Source of the DNA: Paramecium tetraurelia
Taxonomy: Eukaryota
Reading direction: 5' to 3'
NCBI GenBank assembly: GCA_000165425.1
Contig: CT868407.1
Span: 261,204 to 325,203 of the forward strand
Length of the DNA: 64,000 bases
Shown: positions 14,319-26,940 of the stretch, in pieces
Numbering within the stretch: the first letter of the stretch is position 1
Layout of the letters: each line of letters starts with the position of its first letter
Notes under the pieces: model-generated
Database searches by the model: none
What the model saw: the letters and a program-made list of their open reading frames with translations, nothing else
What the model was told of the DNA's origin: nothing
Program-made: the position numbers and the translations under genes

Positions 14319-16256
14319 TCATTCATTTTAACTCATAAACTAATTAGGAATGATATCATCCTTATCTTTCTCATATACAATTTTTAAAACTCCATTTTCT
14401 ATTCCAAAATGTTTCCATTTTCGTTCGAAGTTTTCTGGAATTCTAAAACTTAATGTAAATTCACCATATTTTCTCTCCTACTTTTTGATATGATCACTTT
14501 ATTCTTCCTAATAGGGTTTCTTTCGGTTTCCTTTAACTATAGTCACAACATTTTATCTATACATTTCGATATCTTCTTCGCTTATTCCTGGTACATCCAT
14601 ATAAATAGTATATTTATCATTAGCTATGATATCTGTGGCAGGTGCAAATGAATCTGGTCTTGCTAATATCAGACCAGATTGATCAATATTAGTTTAAGGG
14701 ATTTTTAATTGTCCATTATATAAGTGGGCCTCCTTTTACACAATCTTCTTTACGAATTAATTATCTGTGTCAATCAACTTTACATTAACTTCCCTCTTAA
14801 AATACTATGTTAATTTGCTGGTTGCATATTACAAGATACTTTCACAAACAGAAAATTATCTGTTAACAGGTACAAATACTGATTTTAACCAATATTTCAA
14901 TAATGAAAATACCCAAGGATTTACATCTAATCCTAATTAACTATCATCACTAACCAAACAGACATGTCTTGTATATTAGGTTTTGAACCATAATACATGT
15001 TTAGCTTATAACTCATTATTTCTTGGATTATTGGCTGCAACTTTGGTTCTTTGAATAGATCCACCAGTAGAATAAATTTAAGTCACTTGAGTTATCCAAA
15101 CATGTTGTAAGATTTCAGAAGTCTCAATTTCCTTCAAATTATGAACTACTATGATTTCTCTAAATGTCTTTGAACTATTCTATATTTGTCTAGACAATCT
15201 ATCTAAATATCTCTGATCTAAAGAAGTGAAGTCATTTACAACACAAATGAAGTAATCACTCAATTCAAAGACAAGATCTATAATAAAATGCTCAGTTGCC
15301 TCTTTCTCTACTATGCTTAAAGCAGATTAAATTTTTACAGGAGAGTAACTACCTGCTGTATCAACTAAAATTAACTAAGTTCCTGAATCAACATCAACAT
15401 GTTTGAAAGATATCCCTTTAGTAGTTACTTTTTTTCCTGATGGTAAATTTGATTGAGTTAGATTATTAAGAACAAATGTCTTCCCTTTATCATAAAGACC
15501 AACAACTGCCACTGTGGCACCTTCCCATTTAATTGAAGACTTAAATTCATTATTGTTATTCCCTAAACCCACTAAATCCATTTTAGCCTGGAATGGCTTG
15601 CTGATATAAACAGGCCAACCCAATTGAACATTGTTTATCAAATCAATGTCCAATATCCAATCGTACACTTGAGTCTCATCAATACCATCTTGAGTATTAT
15701 ATTTTATTGGATCATTAAAGATATTATCTTAGATTTTATCATACAATCTTGATTACTCTTCGAAATCATAGCTAGTTATAATATTAGATTAGATGTTATT
15801 ATTTTCCATATTCAAATTATGATTATTCTCTTTGAATTATAGAAATCTTCCAGTCTATCTCAAAGATCGAGTCTTTTAAAATTTTTGTGATGTTTCCAAC
15901 TCTTTTAAGGCATTCCTCATTTGGCTATCTAGATTGGCTTATTGTTATAACCTGTTATTATATCGGATAAATTACAGATACTCCTCTTGTTGATTAATTT
16001 CATCCATTATCAACAATTTATCGTTATTTCGTACACTCATTTCATAATTAATCATTTCCATTATCTCATACAATTCCTCTATTGATCTTGCTTCTTTTGT
16101 CATTTTATTGAATTATTTCATAATCTCCTCCTCCTCCTATTAGATATCTTTCAGCATTGTAACCAGTGTCTGAATTTTCTATTTCAATAGTATTCTTACT
16201 TAACTTTTATCAGCAATCACTTATTTTAAAGACACCTCTTTGAATAACGATGACAT
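14319..16256 (-). CDS. Coiled-coil + TRAFAC-type P-loop GTPase + HSP20/alpha-crystallin domain fusion (645 aa, apparently intronless)
   Basis: G1 AVVGLYDKGKT, G2 VTTKG, G3 LVDTAG, G4-like IVVHNLKE. The C-terminus PATDII..YTIYMDVPG..VKGNRK..ERKYGEFTLSFRIP..ENGVLKI is an alpha-crystallin signature. Length 1938 nt is divisible by 3. Confidence 0.9.
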
Positions 16257-17147
16257 TTGTATATTTTTATTAAATAATAAAATGCCATAAAATCTCAAGT
16301 AATATAAACTATCATTACCCTAGATTTCCCTAAAAGTATTTCAAAGTATAACAAGTAAGAATTAGTAATTATTAAACTAATCCGTTGATTGAGATCAGAA
16401 TTTAAATTAAAAATATTCTCTCAATCTAAACAATCAATTTAAAACATCAATTACTAATTCTTTATCAGAGTATCTTATTCCTAGAATTTTCAAAGCGATC
16501 CATAATATTTTTTTGACAAATTTATTAAACCTAATTTCATCCTTGATGTAAAATAAAGTATAAGAAAATTACTAGTCTTAAGCTTTCCTTTCTAAATTTA
16601 GAACTGGTAATCAATAGTACTTTCTGTTTGTTAATTAAAATAAATTAAAAGTTTTGTTTGAAAATTATAAATTGAAATCCTGTAAATTGTAACAGAACAA
16701 AATTAAGTAAACAGTCAATATTTACTATACTCAATTTTAAGAAACAAAATTGCAATTTGTGTCACTAATTTCATCTTTCTTGGCTGGCTATTAAATTGAA
16801 TTGAATATTAAATAAAACTATTTATAATATTTAGAATAAAATCAAAACTACCTTCAATTACAATTCTCATAGATATGAAATTCAAGAGAAAAATGATTAG
16901 TATTATTTCAATTGAATAATAAGTTGTATAACAATAAAAAAATAGTTAATAATATGATAAAATCAGGATTTTAGTTGATCTTACTAATATTGGATATCAT
17001 TACTCAAAATATCCCTGTAACCTCAAATCTCTGTAATAAATTTTAGCAATTCCATTAAGTAAGTTTAATTTTAGACAAATCATTTGGGTCTTTAAATATA
17101 TATATATGTAATTGATATCTATTAACCATAATTAATATTTTAATATT

Positions 17148-17372
17148 ATGTTTGTTCGATTGATATCGAGAATGGCAATGCCTATTTTAAGATGTTAGAG
17201 ATTTTAATTCAGCCCAGCTTTGACGATCTTGAACAATAGATTAATAATTCATAATTTAACGTAAATTAGAATTCCCATAATGGACGAGTTAACAGAATCT
17301 GATTAAGATGAAGAATTACAGTATATCTAAATTAATCAACTTAGGGATGGCCTCAGTTTAACATCTGCATGA
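17148..17372 (+). CDS. Small (~66 aa) protein with a putative mitochondrial targeting presequence
   Basis: MFVRLISRMAMPILRCQRFQFSPALT..IMDELTESDQDEELQDGLSLTSA. The N-terminus is Arg-rich and acid-free and the tail is acidic. Probable 24-nt intron at 17321-17344. Confidence 0.55.
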
Positions 17373-18352
17373 TTCTTATGAAAATATTCAAATCATTATT
17401 ATATTAATTTTTAGCTGTTATTCGCCTTAGCACAAAAGAATCCGAGCAAACTATATCAAATATTCCACTTTTTAATATTCTAGATATACATTAAGCATTG
17501 CTCTAAATTAGATTGTTATATAATTTATAACACATTAAAAATGAATATTAGGTATATAGAGAGAGTGAATACAATTATATATCATATTCTCTTTATTCTC
17601 CATTCAAATCGAAACGAAATCCTTATTTATGAATTATTTAAATGGATTTAATAACAATTTTAAGAGATATACAATAAGCAAAGATATTAAAAATCCAGTT
17701 GAAAATAATAAAAGTTCTGTTTGTAAATTTTAAGAGAGTTCAGACTACTCTCAAAATATAATATTTATCGTTTGCTAATTATAAATAGTATTGAATAAGT
17801 AAATAATTTATTAATGTTAAATTTTTATATATTTACTATTATTTTTATATTTTTGAGAAAAAGTCAAATTTTTTAATAAATATCGATAGGGTAGTCCAAT
17901 CGTATACCAAATATAATCATGAATTCATATTAAAAAATAATATATTTGTTATCAATATGGGATGACATCATAATAGCAACATGATCTATTCAGCAAATTG
18001 GTAAAATTTCTAGTTTTTCGTCTTAAACCAGAATTTGCTATTATTTTTATTTTACACATTCTTGCAAGAATTTGTATTATAAATAATTTGAGAGGTTGGT
18101 AATTGGCATAATATTAATATTGGCAACAATCTAACGTATTGGCAGATTTTATTAATTCAGTTATAGTTCACAGTACTTCACAAAATTTTTATTATTTCTT
18201 CTATGAAATAAATTAGAATTGGCTGTCTTTGAAACTTCAAAAGATATTATTATAATAAATATGGGACAACATAAAAACTTTGATTACGAAGATCACCAAA
18301 AAAAATTAATTTTAACAAAATGAACAAGAATTTCATTAAAAAATAAAATAAT

Positions 18353-18674
18353 TCATTCTGATTTTTATAGTTTTCCACCCACCAAAGAGACAATATTAAT
18401 ATTTCTCTTATTTTTGAGATTGTCTAAAGGAAGAATTAAACAAGGTTTCTTGGATTTGAAGATAAGTTTTTTCCTTACCACTTTCTTTCTATAATTAAGA
18501 ATGATTGTTTTGGCAGTAGCGTACTTTAGTTATAATTATTAGGCTGCCTACGTTTACAATTACTCATACTTGCTTAATCTTCAACCCATTTTGAAAAACT
18601 TTTAGTATCAAGGATTTCTTTGTGTAAGGAGGAATCTTTGTATAACTCCTATTCTGTGAACTTTATTCTGTCAT
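18353..18674 (-). CDS. Small helix-turn-helix (homeodomain-like/transposase-HTH-like) DNA-binding protein, ~99 aa
   Basis: MTEQSSQNRSYTKIPPYTKKSLILKVFQNGLKIKQ|AAQQLQLKYATAKTIILNYRKK. A 22-nt intron lies at 18548-18569 and the stop is TGA 18353-18355. Confidence 0.75.
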
Positions 18675-18986
18675 GATAAAGAAAATATTCAATTTAGATT
18701 TAATTTTTTGTAGCATAAAACGTAATGAATAATTCGTATCTATAATTGATAAATATGATATTGTTAATTAATTATATTGTGAAGTGGAATAAATAATTAT
18801 AAAGGTTCTCAATATATTAATTTTGATTGAAACGTTATTCAAATTTATATAAAGTAAAAATTTAATTAGTTTAGAATTCTATTCTCATTCAGAAGCACAT
18901 CCGCTAATCTTTAATTTTGTAATTTCAAAATTTATTGTAATTAATAAATAAAATCAATATATTTATAATAATAATTATAATAATTA

Positions 18987-19475
18987 ATGAGTGAAATACA
19001 AGAATTAATAGATAATTTCGAAAGAATAGAAATCAAAGAAAATGATAAAAAAGAGGACATAAAGGAGTAAAAAATAGAATAATTGAATAATCAAGATGAA
19101 TCAAAGGATACAAGTATTAAAGAAACAAATGATGATTAAAAATAATAATAAGGATAGCTCTAGCAATATTAAAACAATAAAGAAGAATCAAATAATCAAA
19201 ACAATACTAAGGACCTTAATAATGATTAATTCAATGAAAAATAGTTAGAAGAAGCATTCACTAATAAATTAGTTATTCAGGAATAAAATAAAGGAGAAAA
19301 AAAATAAGAATAAGATTAAACTAACAATGATGATTAATTATAGAAATAAGAACATACGGTTATAAAAGGTACAATGAGAAGTGATGGAACCATGAGAAAA
19401 GATATTAAAGTAAGAGCTGGATATAAAAATGCAGACATGGTGCAAAGATATGTGATACCTTAAAAAAGAAAATGA
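18987..19475 (+). CDS. PYM1: PYM/Wibg-like Mago-Y14-binding protein (162 aa) with the domain at the C-terminus
   Basis: Intronless. An acidic, N/Q-rich N-terminus is followed by VIKGTMRSDGTMRKDIKVRAGYKNADMVQRY, matching the Mago-bind pattern R.DG(T/S).RK.I(K/R)V(K/R).GY. Confidence 0.75.
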
Positions 19476-20335
19476 CTCTATACTTTATAATTAAAGATGA
19501 TATAATAATAATAACTTGAAATTTTCAGTTTTTCTAAAATCAATCAAGTATATTGACTTCATAATTGGAAATTGACTGAAATATTCTTAGTATTTTAATA
19601 TAGTGTATCAGAAAATTAATGATTAAGATGGAATTTTCAGTATTGCTTTTTAAATTATATAATTAATTATTCGTTTTAATTCACTTTTGTGTTTTTCTGA
19701 GATTAATATCATTAATTTTAGATTCACCTTGATTATTTCTTTAAGTCAAGAGGTACTGTTATAAACAATAAAAATAATGTATTATCATATTATCTGTAAT
19801 TCATAGGCTTTTAAAATATTTGAGAAATCTAATAATAGAAATTTGAATAGCATGAAGCTTAAATAATAGCATTAAATACATATTAATAGTCTCATCCAAA
19901 GTAAATGTTTCAATAATAGTATCTTAACTTTTGTAGGTAAATTCAATAAGTAACCAAAATATTTATTTTAACCTTAAGATAATTTTATTTTCTTCAATAT
20001 GAACATTTAACTCTTGAACTCTGCGACTTTGACCTGCTTAGAATAGTAACTTAAATTAGACAATATAAAGCCATAGGATTATGGTTTCCTCCTATTTTGA
20101 CTTTATTTTCATTATCGACTCCCATTCGTATTTTGGAGATGCCTTATAAGTGTTGGCAACAATGACAGCAAATTGTAATTTAAATATTGCTATCCCTATA
20201 AAATAAGAAAGTTCCTTTGAAAAATTATGGAGAAGTAATATCTCAGGGTATGAAATTTATAATTTATATAAAAAGATATATGATCTAATTTAGAAATATA
20301 AATTCAGTAAACGATTTAAGTGATATTTAATTTAA

Positions 20336-21108
20336 TCATTTAACTTTGAGTAAATTTCTTATAGTTTCAGAACTAATTGAATTATTTTAACTGCCTTTTT
20401 TTGCACTACTACTATGTTTTGTTTAACTTCTACTTGGTTTACTGGATTGAATATTGCAAATTTCTGCTAAGGTTTATCTTCCTTTCATCATGTATTAACT
20501 AATTTAGATATTGTTCGAGCGTTAGCTTATTTAGGCTTATTGTTATTAAAGTAACTTATTATATCTCTTGAATAACTCATCACAGGAACTCCTATGTGAG
20601 GAGTACCCATGCTAAGACAACGATTCTTTGTTCTTTGGTGATGCATTCCTTTGGGTCAAAGAGGCTTCTTGACTCTTCTCCTTCCTCTTCTAAGATTCTG
20701 ATAACCACTATTATACAATATTAGTACTATATCGAGATATTTCCGATTGCAATCTCTTGATTTCTTGAGATGCCTCGTCTAATTTGGATTGCAACTAATC
20801 CTAGTACAGCTTCATCTATTGTTCCAACTAGTCATTGATTAAGAAATTCTAATTACACTAATGTGATTTCGAATGTCGGCTTCCTGCTATTGCAAAACGG
20901 ATTCCAATTTCTTGTATTCCTGGTTGCTATTCATAATTTCTCTAAATGCCTTAGTAATTCTCTGTATTAAATCATTGCAGCTGTAGTACTCAATTCGCAA
21001 ACATTTTTCATTTTTAAAGTTGAGCATCTTTGTTTAATAAGGTTTTGATACTTCTTCCAATATGGCACGTAATCCAGACACTATTTCTGATTTCTCTTAT
21101 CTGTTCAT
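20336..21108 (-). CDS. Hypothetical coiled-coil protein
   Basis: MNRQEKSEIVSGLRAILEE..LQQQEADIRNHIS|LEQQMKLYQDQLQSKLDE with a Ser-rich tail ending RNLLKVK-TGA. The position of the second intron is ambiguous. Confidence 0.7.
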
Positions 21109-21148
21109 TTAACGAAAATAATTAAAAGTAATTTAATTAATTATTTAA
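21109..21148. promoter_or_regulatory. 40-bp divergent spacer, likely a bidirectional promoter
   Basis: Lies between the opposed ATGs at 21108 (-) and 21149 (+) and is almost pure A/T. Confidence 0.5.
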
Positions 21149-22952
21149 ATGGAGGAAGAAGACTGCACTATCTTTATTGAAGAACTCAAAAGTGATGATC
21201 CAAACCTGAAAATCAATGCAGTCACAAAAATAGTATCAATAGCACAAATTCTTGGTCCAGTCAGAACATGCTCTGAACTCATTCCATACTTAATAGACAT
21301 TATTGAAGAATAGGATAATGAGGATGAATTTCTAATTAAATTGGCCCAAGAACTTGTGAATCTGAAACCTCACACAGGGACTAATGCCCACCTCTTAAAT
21401 GTGCCTTTAGAAATTCTGAGCTCGATGGAAGAGCCATTAGTGAGGGAAAAAGCTGTAGAATCATTGTTATTGTTAGCAGAAGATATGCCAGACAGTAAGA
21501 ATTCAATAAAATAATAAAAGGCTTTTTTGAAAATCACTTCTTTTAGATTGTCTAACAATTGGGATAATGGGACAATTTCCCATCACGTATTTCTGCAGCT
21601 AGTCTATTTCCATTAACTTATAAACATGTCTCATTTGAAAAGAAAAACATACTTTGGGAGTTATATAAACAATTATGTGGAGATGACACGCCTATGGTGA
21701 GAAGAGTCTGTGCTGGTGTGTTGTCTGATCTAGCCAAAATAAAATGTTAACCTTAATAGTTACTTACAATTTGGGAGACTTTACTTAAAGATCCTGTTGA
21801 CAGTGTTAAAATTAAGGCCATTGAAGGTTCACAATAAATGCTTAAACTTATCGATGACAATAATGAATTAGACACTCATCTTCAAGCATATTTTTCATTA
21901 GCAGATCCTAGAGAAAAGAGTTGGCGAGTCAGGTACACTGTCCCAGAATGCTTAGAAAGTATAATTGAAGTAGTCGTCAAATTGAGTAACTATTTAATCT
22001 GAATTATTAGATAAGGATAAGACTATACTCAAAACTAAAGCTGTCCCTGTCTTTCAGCAATTACTCAAGGATCCAGAGCCTGAAGTCAGATCTATTACAG
22101 TGATGACTATTTATAATCTGTTGAAGGAGATACCAATTACATTGAAGGACTAATTTCTACCCTTCTTCTAAGCACTCTCCACTGACACCTCCTAACATGT
22201 ACGAATGTCATTGGCTGAATAAATTTGCAAAATATCCAAATAGTATACAGTCTAAGTTGTAATACAAACCTTCATTCCTTTAATATCTACTTTAATTAAA
22301 GATGATGTTTCTGAAATCAAAATCAAATTGGCTCATAATCTAGATCAATTGTCTCAAACCATAGGACCTGAGAACTCTAAAAAACACTTGGTTCCTCTTA
22401 TTTCTTCCTTTGCTACTGAAAAACAATGGAGATTTAGACTTGAGATGATGTCCATTATACCAAAACTTCTAAAAGTTGCAGGATATGATAGTTTTCTAGA
22501 ATTGTAGGAGATTTATCTTGACAAAGGAGTTCTTAATCATTATTAAGCTATTAGAGACCAAGCAATTGATAATTTGGTGCCCATCTGTGAAAATTTTGGT
22601 TATGACAAAATTCGAGACTTTATCTTAAGATGCATTTCAAAATAATTCGAATAACCCAATTATATATTTAGAGTTTCAGCTATGCATAGCATTACTAAAT
22701 TAAGAGATGTACTCTCTATTGATGATCTACTTAATTTATTTAAGGTAGTTTGAACCAGTTATCATTTTCTAGGATATCACTTCTAAATCAATCAATGACA
22801 GAGTGCCAAATGTTAGGTTGAATGCTTTTAAATTATTTAGTGCCATTCAAGATAAATTAGATTACAGAACATAAAATGAATTTAAAGATAAGTCAAGATT
22901 CTTATAACAAGATGATGATAAAGATGTACAATTTTATGCATCAACAATTTGA
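21149..22952 (+). CDS. PPP2R1: Protein phosphatase 2A scaffold (A/PR65) subunit, HEAT repeats
   Basis: IEELKSDDPNLKINAV..LGPVRTCSELIPYL, DDTPMVRRV, SWRVRY, LKDPEPEVR, QWRFRL, DRVPNVRLNA and DDDKDVQFYA. Three short introns. Confidence 0.93.
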
Positions 22953-23175
22953 AATGCAATTTTCATTTATTAAATTTATTCATTTACTTTATTTATAATA
23001 TAAATAATATATCTAATTGATAAAAATTAGTTCTGAAGTATGTTGTAAATTTCTTTAATTACATTATTTAAGTAAATACTATTTAACAATCAATCAGACA
23101 TAATTAGATATAACTTTTATATAGAATAAAATATTTATAATATTATTAATATATATATAATTGAATTAAGTAATA

Positions 23176-24438
23176 TCAAGTAGATGATTAAGGTTTGTAA
23201 TTTTTAAAGAATTGTTTTTACTCATCAGTCATAGTTACATCAATTTACTTTGCATTGTTAATTATATTAGTAACATCAATTTATTATTGATCTTTGTTAA
23301 AGCCAGTGAAGAATTCTGAGATTTAGCCAATATCTTTTTAGTACAGGCAATGTCCAAATTCACTGAGAAATGCGATACTCAGTTTAATGATTGAAAATAT
23401 ATCAGTGGCCAAAATAAAGTCCCAAAAGAAAATCACAGTATCAATTGGAAACGTGTATAAAAACTAAGTTAAAATCCATTGCCAAATATACTATTAATCG
23501 CTTATGCCTTCATCGTAGAAATGTTGATAGAGTGCTGGTAGTTATGCATTAAAATTTTTTAAAAACACCTAACATAAAGCTTTGGTGTAATTAAAGTTGA
23601 CTCTGTAGATCTCCCACCATAAGAAGAGAGGATTAGTATTGATGAAATGTATTAACCAAAAGACTTCCTCTTCTTTGCCTCCACTGACAATCAAGGAGAA
23701 TCCAACTATATAATTCATTCCTTATACATATCCAATGTCTTCATTGAGGATGGATAAGGCCTTGAGAATTGAGAACAATTGTTATTGACCCTAATTGTAG
23801 TCCTTGAAGTGGTCATGCGAAGGGAAAGTCCGATTAACATCTTTGCCAATGTCTTCAAGGACTTTTTGAGAAGGAGTCTGATTTTTCAACTTTGAGTAAA
23901 GAAGGGGATCATAATCTTTGTTCCTATAGACCTGAGCCATCCAGAAATTCCATCTATATTTGGAGATGGCTCCATCCATAAGAATATTTTTAAAATCTTC
24001 GTTATTGATTTCTTTTAGTAGGTAAGCATCCATAATATCTTGATTTGTCAATTTAAAAGGGCCATCAAGTGATTAAGCTAGCGACATTAATATTTTTTTA
24101 GAGAACAGCTTGTTTGAATTGAGTTTTGGCTCTTTACATTGATCATCTTCATTAGTCTGTTATTCTAATTACTCAATGGATGTTGATCGTCTGAACAAAG
24201 CAATATATGTCTCTTCGTTTATAACTTCATATTTTTTTTGATAGTATCGATTCCATTTAATTTGTTTCTATGAATAAGCTGGATCATTTTTTTCAATTTC
24301 TTATTGAAATTCTTCACCAACATATTTGTGTGTGTTTGTAGTTTTTGGCGGCGCATTAGGAGTTGGTGTATTTCCAGGTTTTGCACTACCTCTGATGACA
24401 ATCTTGTTTGTTTTATCTTTTGTACAGATAGGTCCCAT
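23176..24438 (-). CDS. TBC-domain Rab GTPase-activating protein
   Basis: YRWNFW..DIGKDVNRTFPSH (arginine finger), GYVQGMNYI (glutamine finger), CQWILTQFLYTFP, FFWDFI. ATG at 24438, TGA at 23176-23178. Confidence 0.92.
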
Positions 24439-24471
24439 TTAACTTAAATAATTTATATATATGTAAGAATA

Positions 24472-25941
24472 TCAGTTTTTGTAGATCCTAATAACATCTT
24501 GGATTTTGGTTCTGCAGATGGGACAATCCTTCAAATTCTTGCTGCATTTGAGACAAGCAGTGTTATGTTTACAGGGCATGTACAGAGCATCCCGATCATT
24601 TTCTATGCAAATTATACAACTATTCTCATTATTCTTATCAGCAACCACCTAAGTAGTTCTTTTACATTAATAAGTAGAAGTGGTTCCAATCTTGAATACT
24701 GTTTGGTTCTCTAAGGGATATAACTATGAGAACTATCCTTCTTTAGACAACCTAATCCAGGAACTGTTAATCAAATAAATTAAAATACCCATTAGTGGAT
24801 CCCATGTCCTCCAAATAGACACGTCCCTCAATAAGACAAATCTTGGCATGTATATTTGAGAGATGATGATCTTCACTGAAGGTGAGATCTGCAGTTTATT
24901 TTCTACCTATTGTTGTAACACACTTTTAAGGATTCAAAGCAATTATGTGCTTTTCAGATGAATTCAACCCCTCCACTATCAACATGACAATCTACATTAG
25001 GATGATAATAGCTTACTTCAACTATTTGATTATTCATACTCAATTGCTATATCTCAAATTGATTGCTTCCAAGCTCTATAATCATTCCAACTTTCAATTC
25101 CAATTTGCTCTCTACTTTGATGAAAGTCCCAGTTGTTGATCCTATATCTTTTATGAAAAACTATCCCATACAACATTAATTATTTACTTCTTTATTTTAA
25201 AACACAATTTCCGCGTGAAATCTACTTATACTTTCTTCTAATATCAAAATCTAGTTGTTGGAGTGCCTTCCTATTTTACCTCCTGATTCCTTAATACAAT
25301 AGAAATTAGTCTATGGTCCTTCAGTAGGTTGAATTATGAGTTCATTTTATACTTGTGATTCTAAGTTTTCTATTTCTTATTCTAATTAATTGCCGGTTTA
25401 TTATTTCTTTAAAAACTAAGGCTTGTTTTCACTATGTTATGATGCATCTCCTTACATTTCACATAATGGTTGTTGGAACTATTGAGATAACATTTCATTA
25501 TTCTTAATGTAATTAGTCATCATATCATGTTACACATTTATTTATCCATATTGTGCTTGTGCGGATTCTGTATTTTCAAGTGAAGTGTTTTCTTATTCCA
25601 TCCTATCACATCGCTTATCATCAATAAAAACTGATTTTATGTGTTAAGCGTACTCTTTTAATCCAATTTTCAACCCTTTCTTAAAATATTTATTTACAAT
25701 GCATCAACTTTTTTCTAACTATCTTACTGTTGATTCCTAAATCATCAATGAGGTCGTTTTCTTCTATTAATTCCAAACAGGATCCATCAATTGAATTATT
25801 TGCTACTTCTAAAAATAAATACGTACTGAAAGTGCTTTCCAGAGACTACAATCCAACAAATTTAAGCCATTATGACACATCCTCCCGAGACCATTTTTTT
25901 GGTTCCTTGGGTAGAATGACAAAGAGAGTTTCATAATCCAT
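24472..25941 (-). CDS. SAM-FHA-FHA-RING putative E3 ubiquitin ligase
   Basis: SAM: PKKWSREDVSQWLKFVGL..NNSIDGSCL..DLGI. FHA1: IGRHSNNQI..SISRFHAEI..KDIGSTTGTF. FHA2: IGRKQTADL..LSNIHAKI..EDMGSTNG. RING: CIICIENDRDALYMPCKHNTACLKCSKNLKDCPICR. Four short introns. Confidence 0.9.
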
Positions 25942-25984
25942 ATTTTATATTTTAAATTTAAAAGCACTAACTGAAAATAATTAT

Positions 25985-26940
25985 TCACAAATATAATTCT
26001 TTTATCTTACTATTTGCCAAGTACACCAATTCTCGATTTGCAAATCTTTTAACATGGGTTGCTCTTATTATGCTTTTTCCAATCAATTCTGACTCTTTTT
26101 TCTTGATTTAGTACGAATATCCAAGTTATATCAAGGAATTGGTCTTGATCAACTTTCAGTGACAGTCTCATTTAATTCAGGAATCTTCGCTCAAAATATT
26201 TTTCAACTAACTCAATCTCATTATCATGCTTATCCTATATTTGCATCACATATAAATTATGAGTATCATTCTTAGATATCAAGAAGGGATTAAAAGTGAA
26301 TGTATTACCATACTTAAAATCGCTATGTTAAATCTTCATAAACTTCAAACTTATAGTTGCTATCTATTTGATTCATCCTTTGGTAAATTCAGATAGTTCT
26401 AGCAAATAATTCTAGTCGCAAAAAATCTTTATCTAATTCCTTGGATTATTTTTTCTTCCTTTTCATATTAAATTTAGCTTTATCTAATATAAATGATTTT
26501 GGGCACACATTATAAGTAATAGTAATAAATCCTAATTCTCAATTAATTTTTTAGGATAAATATTTTTGAAGAATTTTCACATACGAACTCAAAGTATTCC
26601 AAAATTATCTGTTTTTTTGGTTCATCAATATCATCATCGTTTAACTATTATTAGTGTAAAGGCATCATCATTACAATTATCCCTTCTAAATCATGAAATC
26701 ACAATTTGCAAACGAACATCATTTTTAGTGTCCAATTCCAATTGATAACTATATGGCTACTAAATATTGGGATAACTTAGGAATTTATTAATTATAAACC
26801 ACTCTCTATGAAATCCAAACTGATTTAGAAAATGATGTAATGTTCTCTCATATTTGCACTTTGTAATTGATATTGATCCTTCTTCAATAAAAATAGATCC
26901 ATTTGACTCTTGCTTCTACAATTACGAATTTTGAGGCATA
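25985..26940 (-). pseudogene. Probable decayed gene
   Basis: Coding-like stretches (e.g. LNDDDIDEPKKQIILEYFEF; ESELIGKSIIRATHVKRFANRELVYL) are interrupted by TGA and frame changes that canonical introns do not explain. Confidence 0.35.

Noticed and set aside
20620..20710. Basic RRGRRRVKK stretch suggesting a ribosomal protein
   Set aside because: That frame ends in TGA at once; the coiled-coil gene uses another frame.
24421..24438. MGPICT start of the TBC protein as a myristoylation signal
   Set aside because: Pro directly after Gly2 is unfavourable for N-myristoyltransferase.
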